From an uncultured delta proteobacterium (lineage in GTDB: Bacteria; Desulfobacterota; Binatia; UBA9968), in assembly GCA_963816145.1 (NCBI GenBank), contig CAWFJP010000031.1:480001-544000 (forward strand): 64,000 nt of DNA, given 5' to 3'. A program made the position numbers and the translations under genes. Each line of letters starts with the position of its first letter. Positions within the stretch are counted from its first letter, which is position 1. Positions 48,571 through 57,951 of the stretch are shown here, piece by piece. The notes below the pieces were generated by a model. The model did not search any database and was not told where the DNA came from. It saw only the letters and a list, made by a program, of their open reading frames with translations.

Positions 48571-48731
48571 ATTTACCTTTCTAGGTTTTTGTCGGTGGTC
48601 CGGCGTCGTTGCGGTGGGTTTGTTCACCACGAAGGCACGAAGGGCACGAAGTTCGGAGATTTGGTTGTCTCAACCGTTCGGGTCTTTCGTGGCAAATTCT
48701 CTTTCGCACCAATCTCAGATGAAGACCTACT

Positions 48732-49271
48732 CTAAAACGTCTGGCTGCCTTCGGGCTTGGGTATTTGAAACGTATTGGCGACGAAACTGATAGTGCTGTA
48801 GTGGCCGACGAGAGCGATGACTTCGACGAGCTGGCGCCGACTCAGCTCCTGTTCGGCGCGGGTAAAAAGCTCGTCCGATAGTCCATGCTCGCGCACCAGG
48901 CTTAGCGGGATGTCGACCAGGAGTTTCTCTCGCGGGGTAAAGCCGATGGGCGAACCTTTGGCGCGCAATGTTTCGATCACTTCCAGGCGCACGCCGACTT
49001 GGCGGGCGCGCGCCTCGTGGCGCGCCCACGGATAGTGCGCGCCGAGCTCACGGGCTGCGGCGAGGATGACGATCTCGCGGTCGGCGTCGCTGAGCGCCGA
49101 ATCCAAGCGAAAATAATCTTCAGTGGCGGCGATGTTGGCGGCGAGCGCCGGCACATGCAGCAACATTGAGTAAGGACCGCCGCCGCCGGTCCGGACGGCG
49201 TGAATGTGATCCCAAATCTTTTGATGTTCGGGCGACAATTCATCGCGCTTGGCATGGGGAATGCGGCTCAT
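48732..49271 (-). CDS. CMD-family protein (tandem paralog)
   Basis: GGGPYSMLLH.P, REIVILAAARE, YPWARHE, LVGHY; RBS GGAGG. Confidence 0.85.
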   Translation of the reverse strand: MSRIPHAKRDELSPEHQKIWDHIHAVRTGGGGPYSMLLHVPALAANIAATEDYFRLDSALSDADREIVILAAARELGAHYPWARHEARARQVGVRLEVIETLRAKGSPIGFTPREKLLVDIPLSLVREHGLSDELFTRAEQELSRRQLVEVIALVGHYSTISFVANTFQIPKPEGSQTF

Positions 49272-49337
49272 ATTACCTCCTAGTCTAATATTCCGTGGTG
49301 TTTCGTGCGGCTTCGGCGCCGCGGTCAATAAGATTTT

Positions 49338-49419
49338 TCACCACGAAGATCACGAAGGACGCGAAGGTTTCGGATACATTTAATTTCCGAACTTCGTGCT
49401 CTTCGTGCCCTTCGTGGTG
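49338..49419. repeat. CACCACGAAG-family palindrome
   Basis: TCACCACGAAGATCACGAAGGACGCGAAG...CTTCGTGCTCTTCGTGCCCTTCGTGGTGA. Confidence 0.85.
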
Positions 49420-49451
49420 AGGTATCCTCATCATAAATCTGAAAGAAACGG

Positions 49452-50369
49452 TTACGCGGACAAGTTCAGCATCTTCAGCGCAGCCCGGCCGCCGATAGCG
49501 TACGGATTACCCAGGGTTTCCTGCATCTCGAAGTGGTTCAAGCTTTCGCCGACCAACAGCTCTACCGGTTTGCCGGCGGCTTTCACCGCGGCGGCGAAAT
49601 CGCGGCTTTGGCGTTGGAACTCGGGCGTCTCTTCAGTGCCGTAGCAGACGGTGATCGGCGCATGAAGCTTGTCGAGGTGGCGGATCGAACTGAGCTGCTC
49701 TTCGACCTCGTCCGTGAATTTCACATACTCGCTGCGCTTTGACAGCCGAACCGGCTTTAGATCGTACATGCCGCAGAGCAGTAGGCCGCCCTTTATAATA
49801 TCGGGCGGCAGGCCGAAATCTTTTTGCCAGTCGGTGACCAGCGTGCAACCGCTCAAGTGCGCGCCGGAGGAGTGGCCGGTGATATAGACCCGTTGCGGAT
49901 CGGCGCCGAAGCTGGCGGCATTTTTGTATACCCAAGCGACGGCGCGCCGGACTTGCTGCGCCATCGGCAGCAAGTTGCCGCCGGTCTCTTGGATCTGCAC
50001 GAAGTCGAGGACGACGAAGTTGGCGCCGGCGTTGACAAACATCTCGGCCGGACCGGCGAAGTCTTTGGCTTGGCCGTTGCGCCAGGCGCCGCCGTGGACA
50101 TAGACATTCACCGGGGCATTGGGCTTGTGAGTTTTATAAATGTCGAGCTTTTCATGCTCACTCGCGCCGTAGGCGAAGCGCTCAGGGCGAAATCGTTGCA
50201 AGACTGCTGCGCTGGCGGCGGTGCGGCGTTTGGCGAGTAAAGGTTGATTGGGCGCGTAGACGGTTTGATCGTAGGCGTCATCGAGTTCTTTCTGATCCAT
50301 GTCGAGCCAAACCAGCGGACCTTTACTGCGAGGCGGCTCTGCGTTCGTAGAATTGGTTGCCATGATCAT
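49452..50369 (-). CDS. Alpha/beta hydrolase, arylformamidase-like
   Basis: HGGAW oxyanion motif, GHSSGAH nucleophile, ETPEFQRQS, NHF. Confidence 0.88.
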   Translation of the reverse strand: MIMATNSTNAEPPRSKGPLVWLDMDQKELDDAYDQTVYAPNQPLLAKRRTAASAAVLQRFRPERFAYGASEHEKLDIYKTHKPNAPVNVYVHGGAWRNGQAKDFAGPAEMFVNAGANFVVLDFVQIQETGGNLLPMAQQVRRAVAWVYKNAASFGADPQRVYITGHSSGAHLSGCTLVTDWQKDFGLPPDIIKGGLLLCGMYDLKPVRLSKRSEYVKFTDEVEEQLSSIRHLDKLHAPITVCYGTEETPEFQRQSRDFAAAVKAAGKPVELLVGESLNHFEMQETLGNPYAIGGRAALKMLNLSA

Positions 50370-50374
50370 ACTCT

Positions 50375-51439
50375 CTAATTGACGCCGTAAAATATCTTGG
50401 CGTTTTTTCCCAGGATCGCTTCTTTGTCGGCCAGACTGAGATCTTCGCGGCTGAGAATATGCTGGAGCTCGATGCGGCAGGACTTGGCGTCGAAGCTCTC
50501 GTGCGGAAAGTCGGTGGCGAAGACGAAAGATTCGTTACCTGCTTCCTTGACCGCGTAGCCGAGGCCGTGATCGTCGCCGTCGAAACCGACAAAAATTTTG
50601 CCGGCTTTGGCTTGGCGGCGGAAATATTCGCTGGCCATCACGTCAGGTTGCGAGCTCGGCAAAAAGTCCCCATGAATGTCGACCTGCAGATGATGCGGGT
50701 AGGAGCGATCGAGACGATCCATGAAGAAAGGCACCCAAGTCGCGCCGCCTTCGAGGAAACCGACGCGCAGTTTGGGGTAGCGATCGAACACGCCGTAGGA
50801 CAGCATCGCGGCTGCTTGGGCCATGATGCCAAACGGATGGCCGAGGGCGTGCACCGGATAGTAAACGCCGATGCTGTCCATGCCTAAATGGTGCAGCGCG
50901 CCGACGTGAACCGCCAGGGGCGCGTTCAGTTTTTCGGCTTCCTCGTAAATCGGCCAATAGATTTTTGAGCCGTAGTGGCCTTTGATGCCCTCGCCGTTGG
51001 ATGGCAGCATGGCGCCGGCCATGCCGAGTTCTTTTATCGCGCGGCGCAATTCTTCACAGGCGGCCTGGCTGTCTTGGATCGGTATCAGCGCCATGCCTTT
51101 GATGCGCGGTGTGACCTTGGTGAATTTTTCATAAAGCCAATTGTTATAAGCCCGGCAAGCGGCGATAGCCCAGTCCTCTGCGATGATCCGCCCGACCGCC
51201 AGGCCGGCTGTGGGATAGACGACGGTCCAATCGATCTCGGTCTCGTCCAAGAAATCGAGCCACTCTTTGGGCCCGACGTCGCCGGTGCGCGAGCGCTTTT
51301 CACCGCCTTCCAAATAATGAAAGTGAATGTGATCGAAGGCGGGGAATACCTGAGTGCGATTGCCCGCCGGCATGAATTTGGAAATTTCATCCATGCAGGG
51401 GCGGTCGTTGACATGGCCGTCAGCGTCGATGATTTGCAT
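50375..51439 (-). CDS. Amidohydrolase-2 family protein
   Basis: IIDADGHV, AVHVG, FLEGG..WVPF, ATDFPHE. Confidence 0.9.
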   Translation of the reverse strand: MQIIDADGHVNDRPCMDEISKFMPAGNRTQVFPAFDHIHFHYLEGGEKRSRTGDVGPKEWLDFLDETEIDWTVVYPTAGLAVGRIIAEDWAIAACRAYNNWLYEKFTKVTPRIKGMALIPIQDSQAACEELRRAIKELGMAGAMLPSNGEGIKGHYGSKIYWPIYEEAEKLNAPLAVHVGALHHLGMDSIGVYYPVHALGHPFGIMAQAAAMLSYGVFDRYPKLRVGFLEGGATWVPFFMDRLDRSYPHHLQVDIHGDFLPSSQPDVMASEYFRRQAKAGKIFVGFDGDDHGLGYAVKEAGNESFVFATDFPHESFDAKSCRIELQHILSREDLSLADKEAILGKNAKIFYGVN

Positions 51440-51661
51440 TGTTCTGATATACCTTTCGTTGAAACTTGTATGGGCTATAACAAGTTGTCTTCGCTGGTGT
51501 CAACGCGGACGGGGAAAGTGATTTAGATGCTAGTGAATTAGTGAATGGTTCGCCCGTGTTTTTCTAATCACTAACCCCTAGTCACTAACTCACTGCACTC
51601 GTGTTGACCGGAGAATTCGTGCCGTGATAGTTGGAGGTTTCTATCATCGATGGAGGATTTG

Positions 51662-52666
51662 ATGAAATTCGTCATAACGGTTCTAACTCTTGCGGCCTTG
51701 TTGTCGGTGTCGTCATCTTTCGCCCAGGATGCGAAAACGATTGAAGCAGCCAAGAAAGAAGGCGGCAAAGTTGTCATCTATGGTTCGCTTGAGACGCCGG
51801 TGCTGGAGGGTGTGATGCAAGCGTTCCGCAAGAAAACCGGCCTCAACGCCGAGTATTGGCGCGCCTCGGCGATGAGCGTGATGAATCGGGCGATTACGGA
51901 ATATCGCGCCGGTAATCCGCTATTCGATGTCGTGCTCAATAACTCCGATCCTCTGGTCATTATGGCCCAGGACGGCATGCTCGCCAAATATGATTCGCCG
52001 ACGGCAAAAAAATATCCCAGCGATCAAATCGAGCCACGCTTCGGACCGATCACGCGCTACGGTATCGTCGGCGTGGTTTACAATAAGAGTCTCATTAAAC
52101 CGGAAGACGCGCCAAAGAGCGTTGAGGATATCGTCAATCCGAAATACAAAGGCAAGTTGGTGATGGCCGATCCGACCCTGCATGTCACGACGATTCAATG
52201 GCTGAGCAGCCTGCACAGGATTATGGCTAAGGATAAGACGGAAAAATTCATCCGCGACTTGGCAGCCATGAAGCCGGTACTGGTGGAATCCATGTTGCCG
52301 GCGTCTGAACGCGTCGCCACCGGTGAAATTCCCATCGGCCTGACCTTCGTCAAATTTGCCTATAGCGCGGCGCAAAGCGGCGCACCGCTGGACTATGTGC
52401 GGGTCGACAGGATGCTCGGTGATTCTCATTTCGTCGTGCTCGGCAACAAAGCGCCCCACGTGAATGCCGGTAAGGCGTTCGTCGACTTCTACCTCGACGA
52501 TGAAACGATGAAAATTCTCGCCCAGAGCGGCGAGTTCGTGAATCGCAAAGGAATCTATCCACCTCTGCCGGGCGCGGAGAAGATTCAATATGTCCAGATG
52601 GACGTGCTCGAGTCGAAAGCGTTCGAGGAGAAGAAAAAGGAGTTCGGCAAGATTTTTTTGAAGTGA
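51662..52666 (+). CDS. ABC solute-binding protein (AfuA-like)
   Basis: Signal peptide; AAKKEGG.VVIYGS, VVYN, NPKYKGKL, APHVNAGKAF.DF. Confidence 0.88.
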   Translation: MKFVITVLTLAALLSVSSSFAQDAKTIEAAKKEGGKVVIYGSLETPVLEGVMQAFRKKTGLNAEYWRASAMSVMNRAITEYRAGNPLFDVVLNNSDPLVIMAQDGMLAKYDSPTAKKYPSDQIEPRFGPITRYGIVGVVYNKSLIKPEDAPKSVEDIVNPKYKGKLVMADPTLHVTTIQWLSSLHRIMAKDKTEKFIRDLAAMKPVLVESMLPASERVATGEIPIGLTFVKFAYSAAQSGAPLDYVRVDRMLGDSHFVVLGNKAPHVNAGKAFVDFYLDDETMKILAQSGEFVNRKGIYPPLPGAEKIQYVQMDVLESKAFEEKKKEFGKIFLK

Positions 52667-52710
52667 TGGTGCGTGGTTAATTTTATTTAGATGATCGAAA
52701 GATCGAGTTC

Positions 52711-52860
52711 GTCATGCCGGTGAAAACCGGCATCCATCTTCTGATGTGATTCGCGGGCCATAAACCTGTATCCTGCCGTGCGCCGCAATGACGGAAATCG
52801 GTCTCGACTTCCGAACGGTAAGTTTAGAACCACTTAGTTTCAAGCTGCAGGTTCTTCAAC
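52711..52860. mobile_element. Degenerate REP plus IS605-end-like composite
   Basis: GTCATGCCGGTGAAAACCGGCATCCATCTT...AATGAC...CGACTTCC...TTTAGAACC...GGTTCTTCAA, colinear with 47770-47925. Confidence 0.5.
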
Positions 52861-53401
52861 GACTTTGTGAATCCGACTTAGCCGATTTTTTTAATTTCAA
52901 CTTGTAGATTTCTTTTCGCTTCACATATCCCGCCGCCGCCCGGTGCATTTTCTCGATATCCTCATCGGTGAGTTCGCGGATGACTTTGGCTGGCGAGCCG
53001 AGTATGAGTTTGCGTTCACCATAGGTTTTCCCTTCCGGCACTAAGGCGCCGGCTCCCACTAGACAGTCTCTGCCAATTACAGCGCCGTTCATGACCACGG
53101 CTTGGATGCCGATAAGCGAGCCGTCGCCGATGGTGCAGCCATGCAGCATGGCCTGGTGGCCGATGGTGACGTTGTCACCGACGGTGAGCGGAAATCCCGG
53201 ATCGGCGTGCAGCACGGCATTGTCTTGGACGTTGCTGCCATTGCCGATGGTAATCGAATCGTTGTCGCCGCGGATGACGACTCCGAACCAAATGCTGGCG
53301 TTCTCGCCTAGAATAACTTTTCCGATGAGCGTGGCTTCGGGCGCTGTGTAGGCTGAAGCGGGGATGATTGGTTTGTCGTTGCCGAGTTGGTAGATGGGCA
53401 T
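52856..53401 (-). CDS. Gamma carbonic anhydrase family protein (YrdA/PaaY-like)
   Basis: IRGD, SNVQD..VLH, VTIGH.AMLHGC hexapeptide repeats. Confidence 0.92.
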   Translation of the reverse strand: MPIYQLGNDKPIIPASAYTAPEATLIGKVILGENASIWFGVVIRGDNDSITIGNGSNVQDNAVLHADPGFPLTVGDNVTIGHQAMLHGCTIGDGSLIGIQAVVMNGAVIGRDCLVGAGALVPEGKTYGERKLILGSPAKVIRELTDEDIEKMHRAAAGYVKRKEIYKLKLKKSAKSDSQSR

Positions 53402-53420
53402 GGTTCGCTCCGCTGATTAG

Positions 53421-53547
53421 GTTCCAATAGTTCCAGCCGTTCCAAACGTTGCACCCCCACCTCTTTCCTCCCCCGCGTCGCGGGGGAGGATGAAGGAGGG
53501 GGATGGAACGGAGCGCGGCGGTGGAACGGCTGGAACCATTGGAACAT
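53421..53547. repeat. Nested palindromes: CCTCCCCCGC dyad inside GTTCCA/TGGAAC repeats
   Basis: GTTCCAATAGTTCCAGCCGTTCCA...[53454-53502]...TGGAACGGCTGGAACCATTGGAAC. Confidence 0.75.
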
Positions 53548-53553
53548 TTTTAC

Positions 53554-54993
53554 TTATCGCAATCCAAAAAACTTCCGCCCCAATTTAGCCAGTACTTTCT
53601 TTCGCAGCTCTGCGCTAGTTTCTGCCACCTCAGGAAATTTATTCATCCATTCATAGGGGCGGCAGGCGTCGATGACCGCGCGCGAATTCAAAAATACTTT
53701 GGAGTCGGGATGGATCATCGGGTCCAGTGCGCTGGACCAGCTGCGCCGCTGGATGTCAATGTCGTCCGCCGGATCGCAGCGCGTCGACAGCGCCCAGACG
53801 ACGTCATCGATGCGCGTCGGATCAATGTCGTCGTCGACGACGATGGTAAAACGATTCTGGTAGCCGCCGGAGAAACATTGCGAGGCGATCATGCCGGCTT
53901 GTTTCACATGGCCGGGGTAGCGCTGCTTGATGGCGACGACGGTGAACTGGCGCGGCCCGGGCTCGTGAGACCAGACGCCTTTGACGTCGGGAATGCCGGC
54001 CTTTTCCATTTCCTCCCACACATGGGCGGAGCGCGTGATCGCGCGCAATAGCGTCAGCGTGTGCGGCGGGCGCGCCGGGTTGGCGCAGGAGACGATGGGA
54101 TCGTTGCGATACAGAATTCTCTTGACGCGGATGAAAGGTTCAGGACTGCGCGGGCTAGCGTAGTAGCCGGGCCATTCGCCGAATGGACCTTCGTCTTTGA
54201 ATTCGCCGGGCCGGATCTCGCCTTCGACGACGATCTCGGCGTCGGCCGGATAGGGCAGGCCGGTAATGTCGCTGCGGATGACTTTTGTCGGCGTGCCGCG
54301 CAGACCGCCGGCGTAGTCGAATTCGCTGACGCCCGCCGGCACCGGACAGGCCGCGGCGAACCAGTCGAGAGGATCGCTGCCGAGGACGACGTTCACCGGC
54401 ATCGCTTGGTTCTTGTCAAAATATTTCTGTTTGTGAATGAAGGCGTGCTTCCCTGGGCCGATGTAAATGCTCAGCGTGTTCTTGTCCTGGGACATGATCC
54501 TGTAGGTGCCGACGTTGATCCAATCCGAATCAGGGTCTTTGGTGATGACCAAATGACCGGTGCCGATGTACCGGCCGCCATCTTTTTCATGCATGAGTGG
54601 CGAAGGGAAAATCGACAGGTCGATATCGTTGCCTTCTTGGACGTTTTCATGAACCGCGCCGGATTTGACGTCTTCCATGGGCAGCGGCGCGGTGCGCTTC
54701 ATGCGCTCATGATACATGCGGGTGAATTCCAACACGTGATCGAATTCCTCGGTGACGCCAAGGGTCAGCGCGATGCGCTTTGGCGAGGCGAAGTGGCCGA
54801 ACAATGCGCGATAACCGGGCTGGTGATCTTTGATCTTGTCGAAGATCAGCGTCGGCGCATAGGGCGGATGCTCGCGGTAGAGCACGTCGACGATGGCGCC
54901 CATCTCGAGGTTCCAGTCGATGTTCTCGAGAGTGGCGAGTTCGCCGAGGGCGTCGACTTTAGTCAGCCAGTCGCGCAGGCCGTTGTAGTTCAT
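53554..54993 (-). CDS. UbiD family prFMN-dependent (de)carboxylase
   Basis: DGGRYIGT, NVGTYR, EGPFGEWPGYY, VVDDDIDP..VVWALSTR. Confidence 0.93.
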   Translation of the reverse strand: MNYNGLRDWLTKVDALGELATLENIDWNLEMGAIVDVLYREHPPYAPTLIFDKIKDHQPGYRALFGHFASPKRIALTLGVTEEFDHVLEFTRMYHERMKRTAPLPMEDVKSGAVHENVQEGNDIDLSIFPSPLMHEKDGGRYIGTGHLVITKDPDSDWINVGTYRIMSQDKNTLSIYIGPGKHAFIHKQKYFDKNQAMPVNVVLGSDPLDWFAAACPVPAGVSEFDYAGGLRGTPTKVIRSDITGLPYPADAEIVVEGEIRPGEFKDEGPFGEWPGYYASPRSPEPFIRVKRILYRNDPIVSCANPARPPHTLTLLRAITRSAHVWEEMEKAGIPDVKGVWSHEPGPRQFTVVAIKQRYPGHVKQAGMIASQCFSGGYQNRFTIVVDDDIDPTRIDDVVWALSTRCDPADDIDIQRRSWSSALDPMIHPDSKVFLNSRAVIDACRPYEWMNKFPEVAETSAELRKKVLAKLGRKFFGLR

Positions 54994-55020
54994 GGTTGCT
55001 CCGTTGATGTTCAAGACTTT

Positions 55021-55091
55021 TCACCACGAAGACACGAAGGACACGAAGTTCGGATGATTAATCGTCCGAACCCTGCGTGTCCTTCGTGGTG
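55021..55091. repeat. CACCACGAAG-family palindrome
   Basis: TCACCACGAAGACACGAAGGACACGAAG...GTGTCCTTCGTGGTGA. Confidence 0.85.
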
Positions 55092-55095
55092 AGAC

Positions 55096-56592
55096 CTATC
55101 TCCGCGTATTACGCCGGGCTGTCGGTCTTCGAGCTGACTTCCCCAGCGTGAGCGAGATGTCGTTGCGGCGGATGTGGATATGGCTGGTGTCTTTTTTCTT
55201 GGTCAGTTCTTCGATCAGTTGCAAAAGCGGCAATTTGCCGTCGAGTTTTGGCTTGGGCGCGCCGGCGCTCATGAGGGCGTCGACGTTGTCGCTGCCGGCA
55301 TAGACGCGCAGTAACAATTCTTCATCGGAAAGCGACGGGCCGCCGAATTTATTGCGGATCTCTTTGAGCGACGGTTGCGGCGGGGTCCATGCGGTCCACT
55401 CCTTGGCGCGACCGCGGTTCAGAATGCGATCCTTGACGTTAGGCTCCATGATTTCCGTCGCTTCGGCGCCCCAGACGCCGAGGGCGTACTGGATCACCTG
55501 GTCGGTGACTTCTTTGTAGCGCTCGCCGACGATGACGTTGATCGCCGCCTGGGTGCCGACGAATTGCGACAACGGTGTGACCATGATCGGGTAGCCGAAC
55601 TCGGCGCGCACGCGCGCGGCTTCTGCCAAAGTCGCCGGCAGTTTGTCTTCCATGCCGACCAAGCGCAGCTGATGACGCAGGTTAGAAATCATGCCACCGG
55701 GCACTTGATGGAGATATTGCGTATGATCATAGGCGAGCGGTTGGCCGACGGCGAGCCCGTCTCGCTCGGCGATGGCGGTGAAATGCTTGGTCACCGGCTT
55801 CAACGGCTCCTCGTTGATCTGCGGGGTGAAACCGACGGCGCGCAGATTTTTCGCCATGTTGAAAATCGACGGCTGCGACGAGCCATTGGCCAGAGGTGGA
55901 ATCGACGTGTGGATGGTTTTGATGCCGAGCTTGGCCGCTTCGAGATAGCAGAGCGGCCCCAGGCCGTTGTTGCAATGGGCGTGAAACTCCACCGGGGTTG
56001 CGCCGGCATTCCTGATGATCACGGGGATCAGCGTGCGCGCGCGCTCGGGTGTCAACAAGCCGCCGACGTCCTTGAAGCAAACGCGGTAAGGAGCGATCTC
56101 ACCGGCCTCCTTGGCCTTTTGCGCGTAGTATTCGTCCGTGTGGCGCGGCGATACCGAGTAGATCAGGTTGACGATGGTTTCCATGCCCAACTGGCGCAGC
56201 TCGAACAGCTCTTCTTTGAAGCCGCGAAAATCGTTCCAGCAAGTCGACGTGCGGGTCAGCGTAATGCCATAGGAAACAATTCGTTCCACCAGCAGCTTCA
56301 TGATCGCGCTAGGTAGCTTCTCGAAGGCGCCGGAACCATGGATGCCGCCGTGCAGGCGCAGCTTGGTATGGCGAAATTTCTTCGCGCCCTGGCGAATCCA
56401 GTCCCAGGGATTTTCTTTGTGCTCGCGGACGTACTTTTTGATCATGTTGGAGCTGAAGAACTCCAACGACTCGAAGCCGGCCCGGTCCATCTGCTCGGCG
56501 GCGCCGAGCATGGCGTCGGTCTTCATGTTCAACGCCCACAGGCTTTGCTGGCCGTCGCGCAGGGTGGTGTCGACGAAAGAAATGTCTTTCAT
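55096..56592 (-). CDS. Pyruvate carboxylase B / oxaloacetate decarboxylase alpha-like carboxyltransferase (no biotinyl domain)
   Basis: DTTLRDGQQSL, FKDVGGLL, FHAHC, HQVPGGMISNL, GYPIMVTPLSQFVG; no AMKM motif. Confidence 0.9.
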   Translation of the reverse strand: MKDISFVDTTLRDGQQSLWALNMKTDAMLGAAEQMDRAGFESLEFFSSNMIKKYVREHKENPWDWIRQGAKKFRHTKLRLHGGIHGSGAFEKLPSAIMKLLVERIVSYGITLTRTSTCWNDFRGFKEELFELRQLGMETIVNLIYSVSPRHTDEYYAQKAKEAGEIAPYRVCFKDVGGLLTPERARTLIPVIIRNAGATPVEFHAHCNNGLGPLCYLEAAKLGIKTIHTSIPPLANGSSQPSIFNMAKNLRAVGFTPQINEEPLKPVTKHFTAIAERDGLAVGQPLAYDHTQYLHQVPGGMISNLRHQLRLVGMEDKLPATLAEAARVRAEFGYPIMVTPLSQFVGTQAAINVIVGERYKEVTDQVIQYALGVWGAEATEIMEPNVKDRILNRGRAKEWTAWTPPQPSLKEIRNKFGGPSLSDEELLLRVYAGSDNVDALMSAGAPKPKLDGKLPLLQLIEELTKKKDTSHIHIRRNDISLTLGKSARRPTARRNTRR

Positions 56593-56625
56593 AGCGGTCT
56601 TTTCTTCGCGGACGGCTTGCGCGGC

Positions 56626-57591
56626 CTAGCGTTTGGCCGGTAGCTGCCCGCTCTGCGCCAGTTCTTTGAGTATCGAGTAGTCGGTGAGCTTGGAGCGGTC
56701 GACGGTGGTCGCCCGTTTGTCGACGTAGGACACCATCTTGATTAGGTTCTCGATCGCCGCTTCTGGCGCTACCAGGTCGACGGTAGCGCGCTGGCGCATC
56801 TGCTCGTAGGCGTAGTCGATGGTTTCTTTTTCATTGGTGCCGATGATTTTTCGCAGCACATCGATGGAGCCTTCGCGGTTGGTAATCATGTATTGAGTCG
56901 CTTCCAAATTGGCTTTGACGAAGCGGGTCCATTTGCCGCGGTTGGCCTTTAACGATGCCGCGGTGACCGTAAGCGGGCCGTTCATAAATGGAGTTTTCTT
57001 GCTGGGGACGAGATGGAAGCCTAGTTGTTTCATTTTCGGTTCGAAAGCGAAATCCACCGGCGCGGCATCGATGCCGCCACGCAGGAGTGCCGCCAAGCGT
57101 TCCTGCGATCCGCCCAGTTGTAAGAGCGTCACATCTTTAGAGGTGTTGAGACCGGCGTCTTCGAGCATGACCCGCAAGATCAACGACGATTTGCCGCCGA
57201 GCCGGTTGATGCCGACCTTCTTGCCGCGGAGCTGTGACAGGTCGTCTATTTTCTCTTTCGTCATCACGGTGTAGGAAACCAGATTGTCCCAGCTCCCTAG
57301 AGATACCACCGAGACGCCTTGGAGATTGGACTGGACAAGCCCCGTCGGCGCGCCCGATGTGGCGTCGATATCGCCGGAGATCAACGCTTGGTAGGTCGTC
57401 GGCTCGCTATTGATACGGATGATCTCCGCTTTTAAACCATTTCTCTCGAACATTCCTTTTTCATGGGCGATCAAGACCGGATAGGATACAGTTGGGAAGA
57501 GCGGCACGCCAATACGCACGCGATCCTGCGCCGCTGCTGTCGCGGCGGCCACGATCGACAGCAATAAGCAAAATAGTGCTGAATGTTTCAT
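56626..57591 (-). CDS. NMT1/THI5 ABC solute-binding protein
   Basis: Signal peptide; IAHEKGMFERNGL, LRGKKVGI.RLG, GL...KDV. Confidence 0.88.
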   Translation of the reverse strand: MKHSALFCLLLSIVAAATAAAQDRVRIGVPLFPTVSYPVLIAHEKGMFERNGLKAEIIRINSEPTTYQALISGDIDATSGAPTGLVQSNLQGVSVVSLGSWDNLVSYTVMTKEKIDDLSQLRGKKVGINRLGGKSSLILRVMLEDAGLNTSKDVTLLQLGGSQERLAALLRGGIDAAPVDFAFEPKMKQLGFHLVPSKKTPFMNGPLTVTAASLKANRGKWTRFVKANLEATQYMITNREGSIDVLRKIIGTNEKETIDYAYEQMRQRATVDLVAPEAAIENLIKMVSYVDKRATTVDRSKLTDYSILKELAQSGQLPAKR

Positions 57592-57721
57592 AGATCTCCT
57601 TGAATTTTGACGCTCTCAAACGACTGCGCGCATTATGGTTTAAGTGCTGCAACGGTTTCAAGGGTATTTCGGTTGAAACTACAGGCGTCAATATCATGAG
57701 GAAGCTGATTTTAGCTTGCCA

Positions 57722-57750
57722 TTGACATTGTTGTGGAGAAAACGTACTCT
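57722..57750 (+). promoter_or_regulatory. Sigma70-type promoter for the RRM gene
   Basis: TTGACA-N17-TACTCT. Confidence 0.65.
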
Positions 57751-57951
57751 CCTTGTATCTTCTTCAGTAAACGGCCTTCTGGTAGAGGACATAACAAAGG
57801 TTGAAGGCCCCTGTCAGTCTCTCCTTGCGAACAAAAGTCTAAAGGACATTCCGATCAGAGCTTTGCAGTTAGCTCCCATGCTCGGTTCCCATTAGCAGAT
57901 CATTTCTCAGGGTAAAAGACATTAACATTCTCTTTTAGGAGGGGAACAAAC

